DNA of 64,000 nucleotides from an uncultured Bacilli bacterium (GCA_934085595.1 CAKOHK010000001.1:145705-209704); one strand, 5' to 3'. Numbered from the stretch's first letter, positions 20,301-30,503 are shown. Notes: generated from the sequence alone by a model not told the origin. Translations and numbers: made by a program.

Positions 20301-21818
20301 TTATTCTATAACAAATGGATTATCTTTACTTCCATCACCTGACATATATTGCACACTCGAAGATAAAAATAATACGGGTCTTATATTATTATCAGTGTTA
20401 GTAGGCAAATAACTAGTTAAAGATCCATCATTAACTATGTTCATTACATTAGCAGCACTACCAGAACGAGGCGAAATTGTCCAATAATAAGAAGAATTAG
20501 CTAACCAATTAGTACTTGTACAAGTAGAATTATTATATGAACTTCCTAAAGTAGATGTATTATAGCATCCGCTACTTGCATACATATAATCACTCGGATA
20601 TACAAGTCCAACTTCTCCATCCCATGTTTGTTTATTTCCACTTGGCACACTTGTACTTCTTTCTTGAGTATATACTTGTTTTGTATTTCCAAAACTCATT
20701 CCATTTAATACTATATTTCCAAGATACCATTTTGTACTGCTTATTTGATTTCTTGCTTCAGCCGTTAATCCATTACTTGCATATGTTCCAGTTCTATTGT
20801 AATAATTCCCACTATTTAATGTTGTCTTTAAAGATGCTGTTGTCCAATCATTTTTTGATGCAGAAAACGCCACTTTTCCTATTTGATTCCTAATTATTTT
20901 TACTTTATTTTCTTTAGTATATGTTCCATCTTCATTTGGTGTTTCCACTTCAAATACCCCAATTATTCTCCATCTCTCAATTTCATCATTAAATGTTATA
21001 TAATTATTTGGACTTTTACCTTGATATCTATATTCAGTTGAATTATATTTTTGATTACCTGTTGCAGTTTGGTCAATTTTGGTTAGCTTCAAAGTTTGAT
21101 AATTACTTACTAAATACGTCACCAAAGATTTACTTTCTTCAAAATATAAACTGCATTTAGTTTGTTTATTTGAACCTATAATTATTTTTTTATTTAAAGT
21201 ATCATATTCTACTGTAGCATCATTATTACAAGTATAACTCTTTAACTTATAATATTTATTTAAATCGAGTTCATTTACTCTCTCACTATCAACATATAAT
21301 GCTGTTGTTTCAAAATCATATTTCCAGTAGTCATCTAAAATTTCTGTATATGTATCAAGAACTTTAATTTCATCTACGTCGTTAAATGAATATCCCCCAA
21401 ATACCATAAGTGATAATGTTTGTTTTTCATTGCTTTCATTTTTAATTATAAGTGATATTGTTCTTTTAGTGAGTATTCCTCCAAATGCTGGTTCAAGATA
21501 ATCTGAAGCATATTTAACATCAATGTAATCGTTATTTAAATATGCAAGTTTATAGTTAGTAGAAACTGCATTTAAACTTGTTATTTCTATAGTATGTTCT
21601 GTTTCTCCTGGATCTATATCAATAGTATAAGTGTTTTCATCATCTATTTTTATAGAATACAAAAGTTCCGAAATATACATTTCATTACTTCTATAACTTT
21701 CACTGTTTATAGTAAACTTCGCATAACTAAATGCAAGTAACGGACAAAGTCCGATCAACACTAAAACTATAAAAATGTTTTTCTTTATATAATATATTAC
21801 ATTTTTTCTTATACTCAT
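20301..21818 (-). CDS. Secreted TasA/camelysin-like protein with the shared unrecognised C-terminal domain (family member P1)
   Basis: 505 aa. Signal peptide ends ...LLAFSYAKFTINSE (SipW-cognate-like). C-terminal 260 aa carry NYQTLKLTKIDQTATGNQKYNSTEYRYQG, WRIIGVFEVETP, NQISSTKWYLGN, YPSDYMYASSGCY and NIRPVLFL. Confidence 0.6.
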   Translation of the reverse strand: MSIRKNVIYYIKKNIFIVLVLIGLCPLLAFSYAKFTINSESYRSNEMYISELLYSIKIDDENTYTIDIDPGETEHTIEITSLNAVSTNYKLAYLNNDYIDVKYASDYLEPAFGGILTKRTISLIIKNESNEKQTLSLMVFGGYSFNDVDEIKVLDTYTEILDDYWKYDFETTALYVDSERVNELDLNKYYKLKSYTCNNDATVEYDTLNKKIIIGSNKQTKCSLYFEESKSLVTYLVSNYQTLKLTKIDQTATGNQKYNSTEYRYQGKSPNNYITFNDEIERWRIIGVFEVETPNEDGTYTKENKVKIIRNQIGKVAFSASKNDWTTASLKTTLNSGNYYNRTGTYASNGLTAEARNQISSTKWYLGNIVLNGMSFGNTKQVYTQERSTSVPSGNKQTWDGEVGLVYPSDYMYASSGCYNTSTLGSSYNNSTCTSTNWLANSSYYWTISPRSGSAANVMNIVNDGSLTSYLPTNTDNNIRPVLFLSSSVQYMSGDGSKDNPFVIE

Positions 21819-21842
21819 CTTGATATACCTTCTTATATTAGA

Positions 21843-21874
21843 ATTATATCATAGGGTACCCCCCCCCCCGTCAA
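21843..21874 (-). promoter_or_regulatory. Candidate promoter of P1 containing a perfect homopolymeric tract (C11 on plus, G11 on the coding strand) between the -35 and -10 elements
   Basis: Minus strand reads cgccacTTGACgGGGGGGGGGGtaccctatgaTATAAT. C11 spans 21859-21869, the -35 is cgtcaa 21869-21874, and TATAAT is 21843-21848. The spacer of about 20 nt would be tuned by tract length. Confidence 0.45.
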
Positions 21875-21957
21875 GTGGCGAATGTGTATTTGCTTTAAGT
21901 ACTTCAAGTTTTTACAAAAAAATAGCAAACATTTTATATCATGTTCACTATTTATTA

Positions 21958-22356
21958 TTATTTATTTAACTCTTTATTTTGATAATCTTCTATAGCTGCT
22001 TTTATTGCTTCTTCAGCAAGTACTGAACAATGCATCTTTACTGGAGGTAATCCATCAAGTGCTTCAGCAACAGCTTTATTTGTTAAAGTTAACGCTTCAC
22101 TAATACTTTTACCTTTAATAAGTTCTGTTGCCATTGAAGAAGTAGCAATAGCGGAAGCACAACCAAATGTCTTAAACTTAACATCTGTTATAATTCCATC
22201 TTTTACTTTAATATACATCTTCATAACATCCCCACATACAGGGTTACCAACAGTACCTATTCCATCAGCATCTTCAATAACTCCAACATTTCTTGGATTT
22301 TCAAAATGATCCATAACTTTTTCTGAATACATTATTTTTTCTCCTCCTCTTCCCAT
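21958..22356 (-). CDS. iscU: Fe-S cluster assembly scaffold NifU/IscU
   Basis: 132 aa. DHFENPRNVG, GNPVCGD and HC motifs. Confidence 0.9.
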   Translation of the reverse strand: MGRGGEKIMYSEKVMDHFENPRNVGVIEDADGIGTVGNPVCGDVMKMYIKVKDGIITDVKFKTFGCASAIATSSMATELIKGKSISEALTLTNKAVAEALDGLPPVKMHCSVLAEEAIKAAIEDYQNKELNK

Positions 22357-23504
22357 AATGGTGACATATCTCTAAGTCTATCAATAATTTCTACCATACT
22401 ATCAATTAAATAATCTACTTCTTCTTTAGTATTATGTTTTCCTATACTTACTCTAATTGAACCATGTGCAACTTCATGAGGTAATCCAGTAGCAAGTAAC
22501 ACATATGATGGTTCTAGACTCTTAGAAGAACAAGCACTACCAGTACTAACACATATACCTTTAGCATCTAAAAGTAGTAATATACTCTCCCCTTCAACAC
22601 ATTTAAATGAGAAGTTAGCATTCCCTGGAAGTCTATCATTCCTGTCCCCATTTAATATAACCTCTGGTATTCTCTTTTCTATTTCACTTATATAGTAATC
22701 TCTAAGTTCTTTGATTCTCTTAGTATTTTCATCAAAATCTCTATAAGCCTTTTCAATAGCATAACTAATTCCAATTATACCAGGAGTATTTTCTGTACCA
22801 CTTCTTTTATCTTTCTCTTGGTGTCCTCCATCATTAATTCTACTAATTCTAACTCCAGTTCTAACAAACAAAACACCAATTCCTTTAGGTCCATAAAACT
22901 TATGTCCTGACATACTAAGCATATCTATATTCATTTCATTTACATCTATAAGTACGCTTCCAACTGCCTGAACAGCATCTGTATGAAATACTATATTATG
23001 TTTATGAGCTATTTCTCCTATTTCTTTAATAGGTTCTATAGTACCTATTTCATTATTAGCAAACATAATACTAATTAAAATAGTATCTTCTCTAATAGCA
23101 TCTTCTAATTCTTTAAGACTTATCTTACCATTTTTATCTACCCCAAGATAAGTAACTTCAAATCCTTCTTTTTCAAGCGCTTTCATACTATTAATAATAG
23201 CAGGATGCTCTATACATGATGTAATAATATGTTTTCCTTTATGTTTATTAGCAAGAGCAAACCCTTTAACAGCTAAATTATCACTTTCAGTTCCACCAGA
23301 AGTAAAATATATTTCACTTCCCTTAGCATTTATACATCCAGCTATTCTATCTCTTGCCTCATTTACTTCTTTATTTAAATCTTGACTTACACTATATATT
23401 GAAGATGGATTATAATACTTATCCATAAAATAAGGTTTCATTTTCTCAAATACTTCACTATCTAGCATAGTAGTCGCAGAATTATCAAAATATTTTATAT
23501 TCAT
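22332..23504 (-). CDS. iscS: Cysteine desulfurase NifS/IscS
   Basis: 390 aa. SGHKFYGPKGIGVL PLP-lysine region and CSSKSLEPSYVLLAT motif. Confidence 0.9.
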   Translation of the reverse strand: MNIKYFDNSATTMLDSEVFEKMKPYFMDKYYNPSSIYSVSQDLNKEVNEARDRIAGCINAKGSEIYFTSGGTESDNLAVKGFALANKHKGKHIITSCIEHPAIINSMKALEKEGFEVTYLGVDKNGKISLKELEDAIREDTILISIMFANNEIGTIEPIKEIGEIAHKHNIVFHTDAVQAVGSVLIDVNEMNIDMLSMSGHKFYGPKGIGVLFVRTGVRISRINDGGHQEKDKRSGTENTPGIIGISYAIEKAYRDFDENTKRIKELRDYYISEIEKRIPEVILNGDRNDRLPGNANFSFKCVEGESILLLLDAKGICVSTGSACSSKSLEPSYVLLATGLPHEVAHGSIRVSIGKHNTKEEVDYLIDSMVEIIDRLRDMSPLWEEEEKK

Positions 23505-23544
23505 TTTATTATTTCCTTTCTTTCAAAAATTATTATAACACTTT

Positions 23545-24432
23545 TTAATGATGATGGTGTCCTAATTCTTTATGTTCTATATGACATTCTTTATCATCAC
23601 ATACTTCTCCATCATATTCTATTTCTACTGTAACATGTGATATTCCATGTTCTTTAAGTTCTTCTTTTATAAGTGATTTTATATCTTTATTTTTATTTTT
23701 CTTATCTATCACTGCATGTAAAGATGCAAAACTATTAACTCCATCTATACTCCATATATGATAGTGATGTATATTCTTAACTCCATCTATAGAAAGTACA
23801 TGTTCTTTTATCTCATCAAACTTTATACCTTTAGGAGCTTTAAGTAAGAATAAATCATTTATATTTTTCATATTACCCGTGCATCCATAAAGTATAAATA
23901 ATGCTACTAGTATAGACATTATACTATCTATTAAACTAATATTAGTAAACTTCATAAGTATTGAACCTATAAGCACAACTATCCATCCAAGTACATCTTC
24001 AAGCATATGTAAGTTTACTGATTTTTGATTAAGACTATCTCCTTCTCTTGTAAAATATGCTGCTAGGAAGTTTATAATAACTCCAAATATCGCAAACACT
24101 ATCATACCATTATAATTTATAGTAACTGGATTTATTATTCTCTTAACACTTTCATAAATAACAAACACACTTCCACATATAAGCATAACAGTAGTTATTA
24201 AAGCACCTAAGACTGAATATCTTATATATCCATAAGTATAATTATCATTTGCTTTCTTTTTACTTATTTTTTCTAATATAAAGCTTATTAATATACTTAT
24301 CGCATCTATCATATCATGAACAGCGTCACTTACAATAGCTATACTTCCTGTAAATATACCACCTACAAACTCAAATATAGAAAATGTAATATTAAGTATA
24401 AATGCCACTAATATATTCTTTTCTGTTTTCAC
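23545..24432 (-). CDS. Cation diffusion facilitator (CzcD-like) metal efflux transporter with a His-rich C-terminus
   Basis: 295 aa with six TMs. HDMIDA motif and a GHHHH tail. Overlaps the ArsR gene. Confidence 0.8.
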   Translation of the reverse strand: MKTEKNILVAFILNITFSIFEFVGGIFTGSIAIVSDAVHDMIDAISILISFILEKISKKKANDNYTYGYIRYSVLGALITTVMLICGSVFVIYESVKRIINPVTINYNGMIVFAIFGVIINFLAAYFTREGDSLNQKSVNLHMLEDVLGWIVVLIGSILMKFTNISLIDSIMSILVALFILYGCTGNMKNINDLFLLKAPKGIKFDEIKEHVLSIDGVKNIHHYHIWSIDGVNSFASLHAVIDKKNKNKDIKSLIKEELKEHGISHVTVEIEYDGEVCDDKECHIEHKELGHHHH

Positions 24433-24803
24433 GCTTCTTCCTCCATCTTATGATATATATGTTCAAGTCCAACTTCAAATAATCTACTTACATGATCATC
24501 ATCTAAACTATAATAAACTATTTTTCCATCTTTTCTCGACTTAACTACACCACTTTCTTTAAGTGTACTAAGTTGATGTGAAACAGAAGACTTACTCATA
24601 GAAAGAACATTAGCTATATCACATACACACATTTCTTTATTATCAAGTGTATATAGTATTTTACATCTTGTATCATCTCCAAGTAATTTATAAAAAGCAC
24701 CTAATTTATTCATAATATCATTATTAGGCATCTTACTAATAACTTCATCTACATCATTTCTATTTATAACATCACAGTCACAAATATACTCGTTTTTACT
24801 CAT
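24429..24803 (-). CDS. ArsR/SmtB-family metal-sensing transcriptional repressor
   Basis: 124 aa. LGDDTRCKILYTL...CVCDIANVLSMSKSSVSHQL is a winged HTH with a metal-site Cys pair. Coupled to the CDF gene. Confidence 0.8.
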   Translation of the reverse strand: MSKNEYICDCDVINRNDVDEVISKMPNNDIMNKLGAFYKLLGDDTRCKILYTLDNKEMCVCDIANVLSMSKSSVSHQLSTLKESGVVKSRKDGKIVYYSLDDDHVSRLFEVGLEHIYHKMEEEA

Positions 24804-24869
24804 CCACTTCTCCTTTCATATATATTATAGTTGAATAGTTGTTCAACTGTCAACACAAAATAAAAAGAA

Positions 24870-25409
24870 TTAATAAATAATTCTCTTTTCACTTATAACA
24901 TAATCCATTAATATATCATTTTCATAACTAAACTTTATATCTGTGATAGTTTCATCATAACAAAGTCCTATTTTAACTCCCTTAGTATTTTCTAAATATC
25001 TATCATAATATCCTTTACCATAACCACATCTATCTTTATATATACTAAAGCATACACCAGGTACTATAAATAAATCTATATCATTTTTAAATGCTTCTTC
25101 ACTACTAATAGGTTCTTTTATATTAAACTTCCCATTTATATATTTAGTATTTTCATCTATATAATACATCTTCATAATCCCATCACTATAACTTTTAGGG
25201 ACACATACTTTCTTATTTAATCTAATACTTTCTTTAATTATATTTTCTGTATTAACTTCTTCACTATTACTTAAATATATACATATAACTTTACTATTCT
25301 TAAACTCTTCTATTTCAAATAATCTTTTTTCTATATTTTTATCTTTATCTTCTTTAAAATTAATACTCTTACGTATCACTTTGTATTTATTTCTAAGTTC
25401 GTTTTTCAT
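24870..25409 (-). CDS. 5-formyltetrahydrofolate cyclo-ligase family protein
   Basis: 179 aa. LFIVPGVCFSIYKDRCGYGKGYYDRYL matches the family motif. Confidence 0.7.
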   Translation of the reverse strand: MKNELRNKYKVIRKSINFKEDKDKNIEKRLFEIEEFKNSKVICIYLSNSEEVNTENIIKESIRLNKKVCVPKSYSDGIMKMYYIDENTKYINGKFNIKEPISSEEAFKNDIDLFIVPGVCFSIYKDRCGYGKGYYDRYLENTKGVKIGLCYDETITDIKFSYENDILMDYVISEKRIIY

Positions 25410-25411
25410 AA

Positions 25412-26023
25412 TTATAATTTAGATATCACAAGCAAAACAACTTCAATAATAGTAACTGCTACTCCAAGAGATATAAATAGTGATCCTTTATTTATAAATC
25501 CATAAGAATTACCTTTAGGTGTAAGTGTTAATGTAGTTTCTTCTTTCTTTTCCATACTTCTTTCTTTATCAAGCATTATTTGTCTTAATGCTTCTTCTTT
25601 TAAATATTTAAGTTCAGCAAGTTCTGGATTTTCTAAAGTAACCTTTTCTGGTTTTGGATATTTCTTTCTCTTTTCTTCTCTTATATTATCCATTCTAATA
25701 TTTAAACTCTTAAAGAAATTATGAATATTATCTACTTTATTACTAGGATAACTTCCCATTTCACTTCCCATATCCTGTACATATCCAAGATTAGTTTTAC
25801 TACTTCTAACAATAGTTCCATTTTTTCTCTCTTCCCCTATTATTCCAAGATATCTTTTATCACTTTCCATAACTTCTTTAACTCTACCTTTTAAAGCATT
25901 TAAAAGCCCATCAGACACACTATATAAAGTAGTAAACTCTGCTTCATTACTAACACTTATATTTTCATCTGACATAAAACCATCAACATCATTTAATATT
26001 TTTAAAGATTCATTATTTATCAT
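25412..26023 (-). CDS. Hypothetical C-terminally membrane-anchored protein
   Basis: 203 aa with a single C-terminal TM. Confidence 0.35.
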   Translation of the reverse strand: MINNESLKILNDVDGFMSDENISVSNEAEFTTLYSVSDGLLNALKGRVKEVMESDKRYLGIIGEERKNGTIVRSSKTNLGYVQDMGSEMGSYPSNKVDNIHNFFKSLNIRMDNIREEKRKKYPKPEKVTLENPELAELKYLKEEALRQIMLDKERSMEKKEETTLTLTPKGNSYGFINKGSLFISLGVAVTIIEVVLLVISKL

Positions 26024-26024
26024 A

Positions 26025-26264
26025 TTATTTCACTAAAGACTCTATAAATTTATTAATCGCAAGTCTATGCCCTTCATCATCTACTTTAACAAGTTTATCA
26101 TTTCCACTCTCATCTTTAATTATCTTAGATGCAACAAGTAAACTAGTATTATCAGTATTCTTAATACTATATAATAAATATCTTACCCCAGATATACTAA
26201 TAACAGTAATCTTAGTAGCTTCTTTTAAAACCCCTTTATCATTTACTTTAAAAGTATCATCCAT
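26025..26264 (-). CDS. Small hypothetical protein
   Basis: 79 aa. Its stop/start overlaps 25412..26023. Confidence 0.35.
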   Translation of the reverse strand: MDDTFKVNDKGVLKEATKITVISISGVRYLLYSIKNTDNTSLLVASKIIKDESGNDKLVKVDDEGHRLAINKFIESLVK

Positions 26265-26358
26265 ATTCTTCCTACTTTCCTATTTAAATTATAATACAAA
26301 ATTATTTTATTGTAAATATATTTTAAAATTGATAAAATAATTAAGTTAGGAGTTATAT

Positions 26359-28500
26359 ATGAATAAAGAAATAATAAATGAATTAGTACAAGAATTAAAC
26401 ATTAAGAGTGTCCAAATAGAGAGTGTTCTTAAATTATTAAGTGAAAATAACACTGTTCCATTTATAGCTAGATATAGAAAGGAAGCTACCGGCAACCTTA
26501 ATGAGGAAGAAATTAGAAGAATTAATGAACTTTATACTTATGAGTGTAATTTACTTAAGAGAAAAGAAGATGTTATTAGGTTAATAGATGAAAAAGGTCT
26601 TTTAACTGATGAGTTAAAGAATAATATAATGAGTGCTAAGAAATTAGTTGAGGTTGAGGATATTTATTTACCTTTCAAAGAGAAAAAGAAAACTAAAGCA
26701 ACTGAAGCTATTAAAAATGGTCTTGAACCTCTTGCTAAAATAATTATGTCACAGCCTGCTACATTTAATGATGATATTATAAATAAATATTTAAATGAAA
26801 ATGTTAAGACTAAGGAAGATGCTATCACTGGCAGTAAATATATAATCGCAGAATGGATAAGCGATAATGCTTACTATAGAAAATATATAAGAAGTTATAT
26901 ATGGAAAAACGGTAATCTTACTAGTACTTTAAAACCTAAAAGTAATGATGAAAATAAAACATATGAAATATATTATAATTTTACTGAACCAGTAAAATAT
27001 ATTAAATCACATAGAGTTCTTGCTATTAACAGAGGTGAAAATGAAAAAATACTTACTGTTAAAATAGATATTAATGATGAAGATATAATTAAATATTTAG
27101 AATCAAGAATAATTAAAAAAGACTCTATAGTAAATGAATATATTAAAGATGCTATTAAAGATAGTTATAAAAGATTAATATTCCCTTCTATCGAAAGAGA
27201 AATAAGAAGTGAACTTACTCTTAGAAGTGAAGATGTTGCTACTAAAGTATTTCAAGATAACTTAGAGCATTTACTTCTAGTGCCACCTATGAAAGATAAA
27301 GTAGTACTTGGCTTTGACCCAGCATTTAGAACTGGATGTAAACTTGCTATTATTGACCCAACAAGTAAAATATTAGGTATATTTAAAATATATCCTCACG
27401 AACCACAAAATGAATGGGAAAAATCTAAAGAAGTATTAAAAACACTTATTAAAAAATATAATGTAGACATAATTGCTATCGGAAATGGAACTGCATCAAG
27501 AGAAAGTGAAAAGCTTGTAAGCGAAACATTAAAAAAAATGAATACCGCTTGTAAATACGCTATTGTAAGTGAAGCAGGAGCTAGCGTATACTCAGCATCA
27601 AAATTAGCAATTAGTGAGTTTCCAGATTTACACGTAGAAGAAAGAAGCGCTATATCTATCGGAAGGCGTCTTCAAGACCCACTAAATGAATTAGTTAAAA
27701 TCGATCCTAAAAGTATCGGTGTCGGTCAATATCAGCATGATATAACTCCTAAAAAACTAAGTGAATCTTTAGATTTCACAGTAATAAAATGTGTAAATAA
27801 CGTCGGAGTAAATATAAATACCGCTTCCCCTTCTATACTAAAATATATCTCAGGCCTAACAAAACCAGCTATAGATAAAATAATTAAATATAGAGAAACA
27901 AATGGTAAAATAAAATCAAGAAAAGAAATAAAAGATAAAAAAATACTAAATGATAAAATATATGAACAATCAATAGGTTTCATGAGAGTAATTGATGGAA
28001 CTAACCCACTTGATATAACAAATATACATACAGAAAGTTATGATATTGTTACTAAACTTCTAGAAAGTATAAACTCTTCTGTAAATGATCTTGGTACAAA
28101 AGAACTTATAGATAAATTAAATAATATTAATATAGAAGAAAAATGTAAAGAATTAAATACTGATATTTATACTCTTGAAGATATTATTAAATCTCTTGAA
28201 ATGCCTAATAGAGATTATAGAGATAACTATGATATGCCTCTTTTAAAAAGTGATATATTAACTATAGATAATTTAAAAGTTGGTATGGAACTTGAAGGAA
28301 CAGTAAGAAATGTAGTAGACTTCGGAGCATTTATTGATATAGGTCTTCATGATGACGCACTTGTTCATATATCAAAAATAACTAAAAAGTTTATTAAGCA
28401 TCCAAGCGAAGTATTAAGTGTTGGTGATATAGTTAAATGTTATATATTAAATATTGATAAAGATAAAAACAAAGTATCTCTTACTCTAATAAAAGAATAA
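26359..28500 (+). CDS. tex: Transcription accessory protein Tex (YqgF/RNase H-like, HhH and S1 domains)
   Basis: 713 aa. N-terminal PFIARYRKEATG and a C-terminal S1 domain (GTVRNVVDFGAFIDIG). Confidence 0.9.
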   Translation: MNKEIINELVQELNIKSVQIESVLKLLSENNTVPFIARYRKEATGNLNEEEIRRINELYTYECNLLKRKEDVIRLIDEKGLLTDELKNNIMSAKKLVEVEDIYLPFKEKKKTKATEAIKNGLEPLAKIIMSQPATFNDDIINKYLNENVKTKEDAITGSKYIIAEWISDNAYYRKYIRSYIWKNGNLTSTLKPKSNDENKTYEIYYNFTEPVKYIKSHRVLAINRGENEKILTVKIDINDEDIIKYLESRIIKKDSIVNEYIKDAIKDSYKRLIFPSIEREIRSELTLRSEDVATKVFQDNLEHLLLVPPMKDKVVLGFDPAFRTGCKLAIIDPTSKILGIFKIYPHEPQNEWEKSKEVLKTLIKKYNVDIIAIGNGTASRESEKLVSETLKKMNTACKYAIVSEAGASVYSASKLAISEFPDLHVEERSAISIGRRLQDPLNELVKIDPKSIGVGQYQHDITPKKLSESLDFTVIKCVNNVGVNINTASPSILKYISGLTKPAIDKIIKYRETNGKIKSRKEIKDKKILNDKIYEQSIGFMRVIDGTNPLDITNIHTESYDIVTKLLESINSSVNDLGTKELIDKLNNINIEEKCKELNTDIYTLEDIIKSLEMPNRDYRDNYDMPLLKSDILTIDNLKVGMELEGTVRNVVDFGAFIDIGLHDDALVHISKITKKFIKHPSEVLSVGDIVKCYILNIDKDKNKVSLTLIKE

Positions 28501-28530
28501 TTGACATATATGTATCACTTTTGATACAAT
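28501..28530 (+). promoter_or_regulatory. Promoter (TTGACA-18-TACAAT) driving a probably leaderless HTH gene
   Basis: ttgaca 28501-28506 and tacaat 28525-28530. ATG at 28539 lies about 8 nt after the -10. Confidence 0.45.
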
Positions 28531-28538
28531 ATAAAACC

Positions 28539-28799
28539 ATGAAAGAAGAAAATATAAATTATATTAAACCTAAAAGAACTATTAATGAACTTGAAAAAGA
28601 TTTTTTAAGAGAATTCAAAATATTTAGAAGAGAAAACAACCTAACTCAAAAACTAATGGCTGAATATACTCTACTTACAAGAGAAAAAATAGCCAGAATT
28701 GAAACAGGAGCACACTCTCCTACTTTAAGGACATTACTTACTATTTTAGGTCCTTTAGGTTATACACTTAAAATCGAAAAAATAAAAAGAAAGCACTAA
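28539..28799 (+). CDS. XRE-family helix-turn-helix transcriptional regulator
   Basis: NLTQKLMAEYTLLTREKIARIETGAHSPTLRTLLTI is a Cro/C1-type HTH. The ORF-track start at 28521 is a TTG inside the -10 box, so ATG 28539 is preferred. Confidence 0.6.
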   Translation: MKEENINYIKPKRTINELEKDFLREFKIFRRENNLTQKLMAEYTLLTREKIARIETGAHSPTLRTLLTILGPLGYTLKIEKIKRKH

Positions 28800-28805
28800 A
28801 ACATT

Positions 28806-28830
28806 GAGCCTACAATAAGGCTCTTTATCT
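28806..28830 (+). terminator. Rho-independent terminator after the tex/HTH gene pair
   Basis: gagcc-tacaataa-ggctc hairpin followed by tttatctt. Confidence 0.55.
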
Positions 28831-28997
28831 TGTACAATTAAAAATATACTTACTTCAAATTATAAGTATATTTTTTTATTTTATTCACTCTATTCTTTTT
28901 AATCTTATATAATATAACCCTAGTTATAACAAGTACTATACTAAGTATTAAAGCACATATAAATAATGTACATAACCAAATATCTTTTTCCATATAT

Positions 28998-29741
28998 CTA
29001 CTCCATATCATTTATTATAAGATTACATTTATTAAGAAGACTATAATATTGTACATCATTATTCTTATATAATATAGGTATCTTGTTATTAAATAAATAC
29101 CCAGTTATATTTTTAAAAAATCCTTCTCTTAAAATAGTATAATCTATATTAGCCCCTATTATTTCTATCATTTCTTCATAACTAAAATATTGATCTTTAA
29201 AATCAAATGCACTATTATAAAGTACTTTATATTTATAAATTCCTATATCATTAAACATAGTTATAACATTTTTCATATTCTTAATATTTACTATATCATT
29301 AGTAAGAATAAGTAGTACTTCATCACATAAATTAAATATATTTTCATTAAAATCATTATAAGAACTATTAGTATCTATAACTATAAAATCATATATATTT
29401 TTAGCATCTTCTATAATTTTATCCATATATTTTTCTTTAATTAAACTTGCTTCTAATTGTATTTTAGTAGAACATAATATATCAAGTCCTTCATTATAAT
29501 TATATACATAATCAAGTATACTTTCATATTTATTATTCTTTATATCATTTGATAATGTATATATATTCTTTTTTATTTCTTCATTTACAAATAAAGATAA
29601 TCCTCCATCATATAAATCTGCATCTATAAGTAATGTTCTTTTTCCCATAAGATAACTACTACCCGCTATATTAGCAGATATTATTGATTTTCCTACTCCA
29701 CCCTTAGGTGAGTACACACATAACACTTTACCCTTTTTCAT
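28998..29741 (-). CDS. ParA/MinD/CpaE-family P-loop ATPase
   Basis: 247 aa. Deviant Walker A SPKGGVGKS and LLIDADL. Confidence 0.7.
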   Translation of the reverse strand: MKKGKVLCVYSPKGGVGKSIISANIAGSSYLMGKRTLLIDADLYDGGLSLFVNEEIKKNIYTLSNDIKNNKYESILDYVYNYNEGLDILCSTKIQLEASLIKEKYMDKIIEDAKNIYDFIVIDTNSSYNDFNENIFNLCDEVLLILTNDIVNIKNMKNVITMFNDIGIYKYKVLYNSAFDFKDQYFSYEEMIEIIGANIDYTILREGFFKNITGYLFNNKIPILYKNNDVQYYSLLNKCNLIINDME

Positions 29742-29750
29742 AATACTTCC

Positions 29751-30191
29751 TTATTTAAAACATTCACTATAAATACTATTTGATGAAACATTTTTATCTG
29801 TATAATATTCACTACCACATGCTAAATATACATTTGCTCCAGTACTATCAAATGTTATAACTCCTTTGCAATCGGTTTTACTATATTTAACACTTTCTAT
29901 ATAAGGTTCACTTCCACTAGTAAGTTCACTTAAGCACACAAACTTACTACTATTATAAGTAGAAGGACATGTATAAAGTTTTCCAGTTTCAGGATCATAT
30001 AAAGGATCCGTGCAGTGTTCATTAACATATATATTTGCTGCATCTTTAACATTATTTTCTACTATTTCCATACTTTTATTAAGAGAGTTTTTATAACTAT
30101 CAACAACATTTGGAACAACCATAATAGCAAGCACACCAATAATTGCAATAACAGCAAGTAATTCTATTAAAGTAAATCCACTCTTTTTCAT
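29751..30191 (-). CDS. Type IV pilin / pseudopilin-like protein (prepilin-type N-terminal methylation domain)
   Basis: MKKSGFTLIELLAVIAIIGVLA is a class III signal with G-F cleavage and E+5. Cys-rich C-terminal region. Confidence 0.8.
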   Translation of the reverse strand: MKKSGFTLIELLAVIAIIGVLAIMVVPNVVDSYKNSLNKSMEIVENNVKDAANIYVNEHCTDPLYDPETGKLYTCPSTYNSSKFVCLSELTSGSEPYIESVKYSKTDCKGVITFDSTGANVYLACGSEYYTDKNVSSNSIYSECFK

Positions 30192-30199
30192 ATATTCTC

Positions 30200-30448
30200 C
30201 TATCTAAGTTTAATAACAACAATTATAAACACAATAATTATCATAAATATAAGCGTTAGTAATATATAATCAGTTATCTTCATCATTCTTTTCTTTTTAA
30301 CTACACTCTCTTCTTCAGATATTTGTGTTTTAGTTACAATTGGATCCATTTTAATTGTATTCATTAATTCTTCATTATTTATATCATCATCTATATTTTT
30401 ACTCATAATCAACTTCCTTACTATATATAATAATATCAAAATCACCAC
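30200..30448 (-). CDS. Small single-TM membrane protein
   Basis: 82 aa. Confidence 0.35.
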   Translation of the reverse strand: MVILILLYIVRKLIMSKNIDDDINNEELMNTIKMDPIVTKTQISEEESVVKKKRMMKITDYILLTLIFMIIIVFIIVVIKLR

Positions 30449-30482
30449 ATTAATTCAAGGGCATATTTGTTAAAAAAAGTAC

Positions 30483-30503
30483 AAAAAAAGCATCCGAAGA
30501 TGC
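30483..30503 (-). terminator. Rho-independent terminator following tRNA-Arg
   Basis: gcatc-ttcg-gatgc hairpin followed by a T7 run on the minus strand. Confidence 0.6.

Noticed and set aside
28521-28538. TTG start at 28521 for the XRE regulator (ORF-track start)
   Set aside because: It falls inside the TACAAT -10 hexamer of the TTGACA-18-TACAAT promoter. ATG at 28539 (leaderless) is more plausible.
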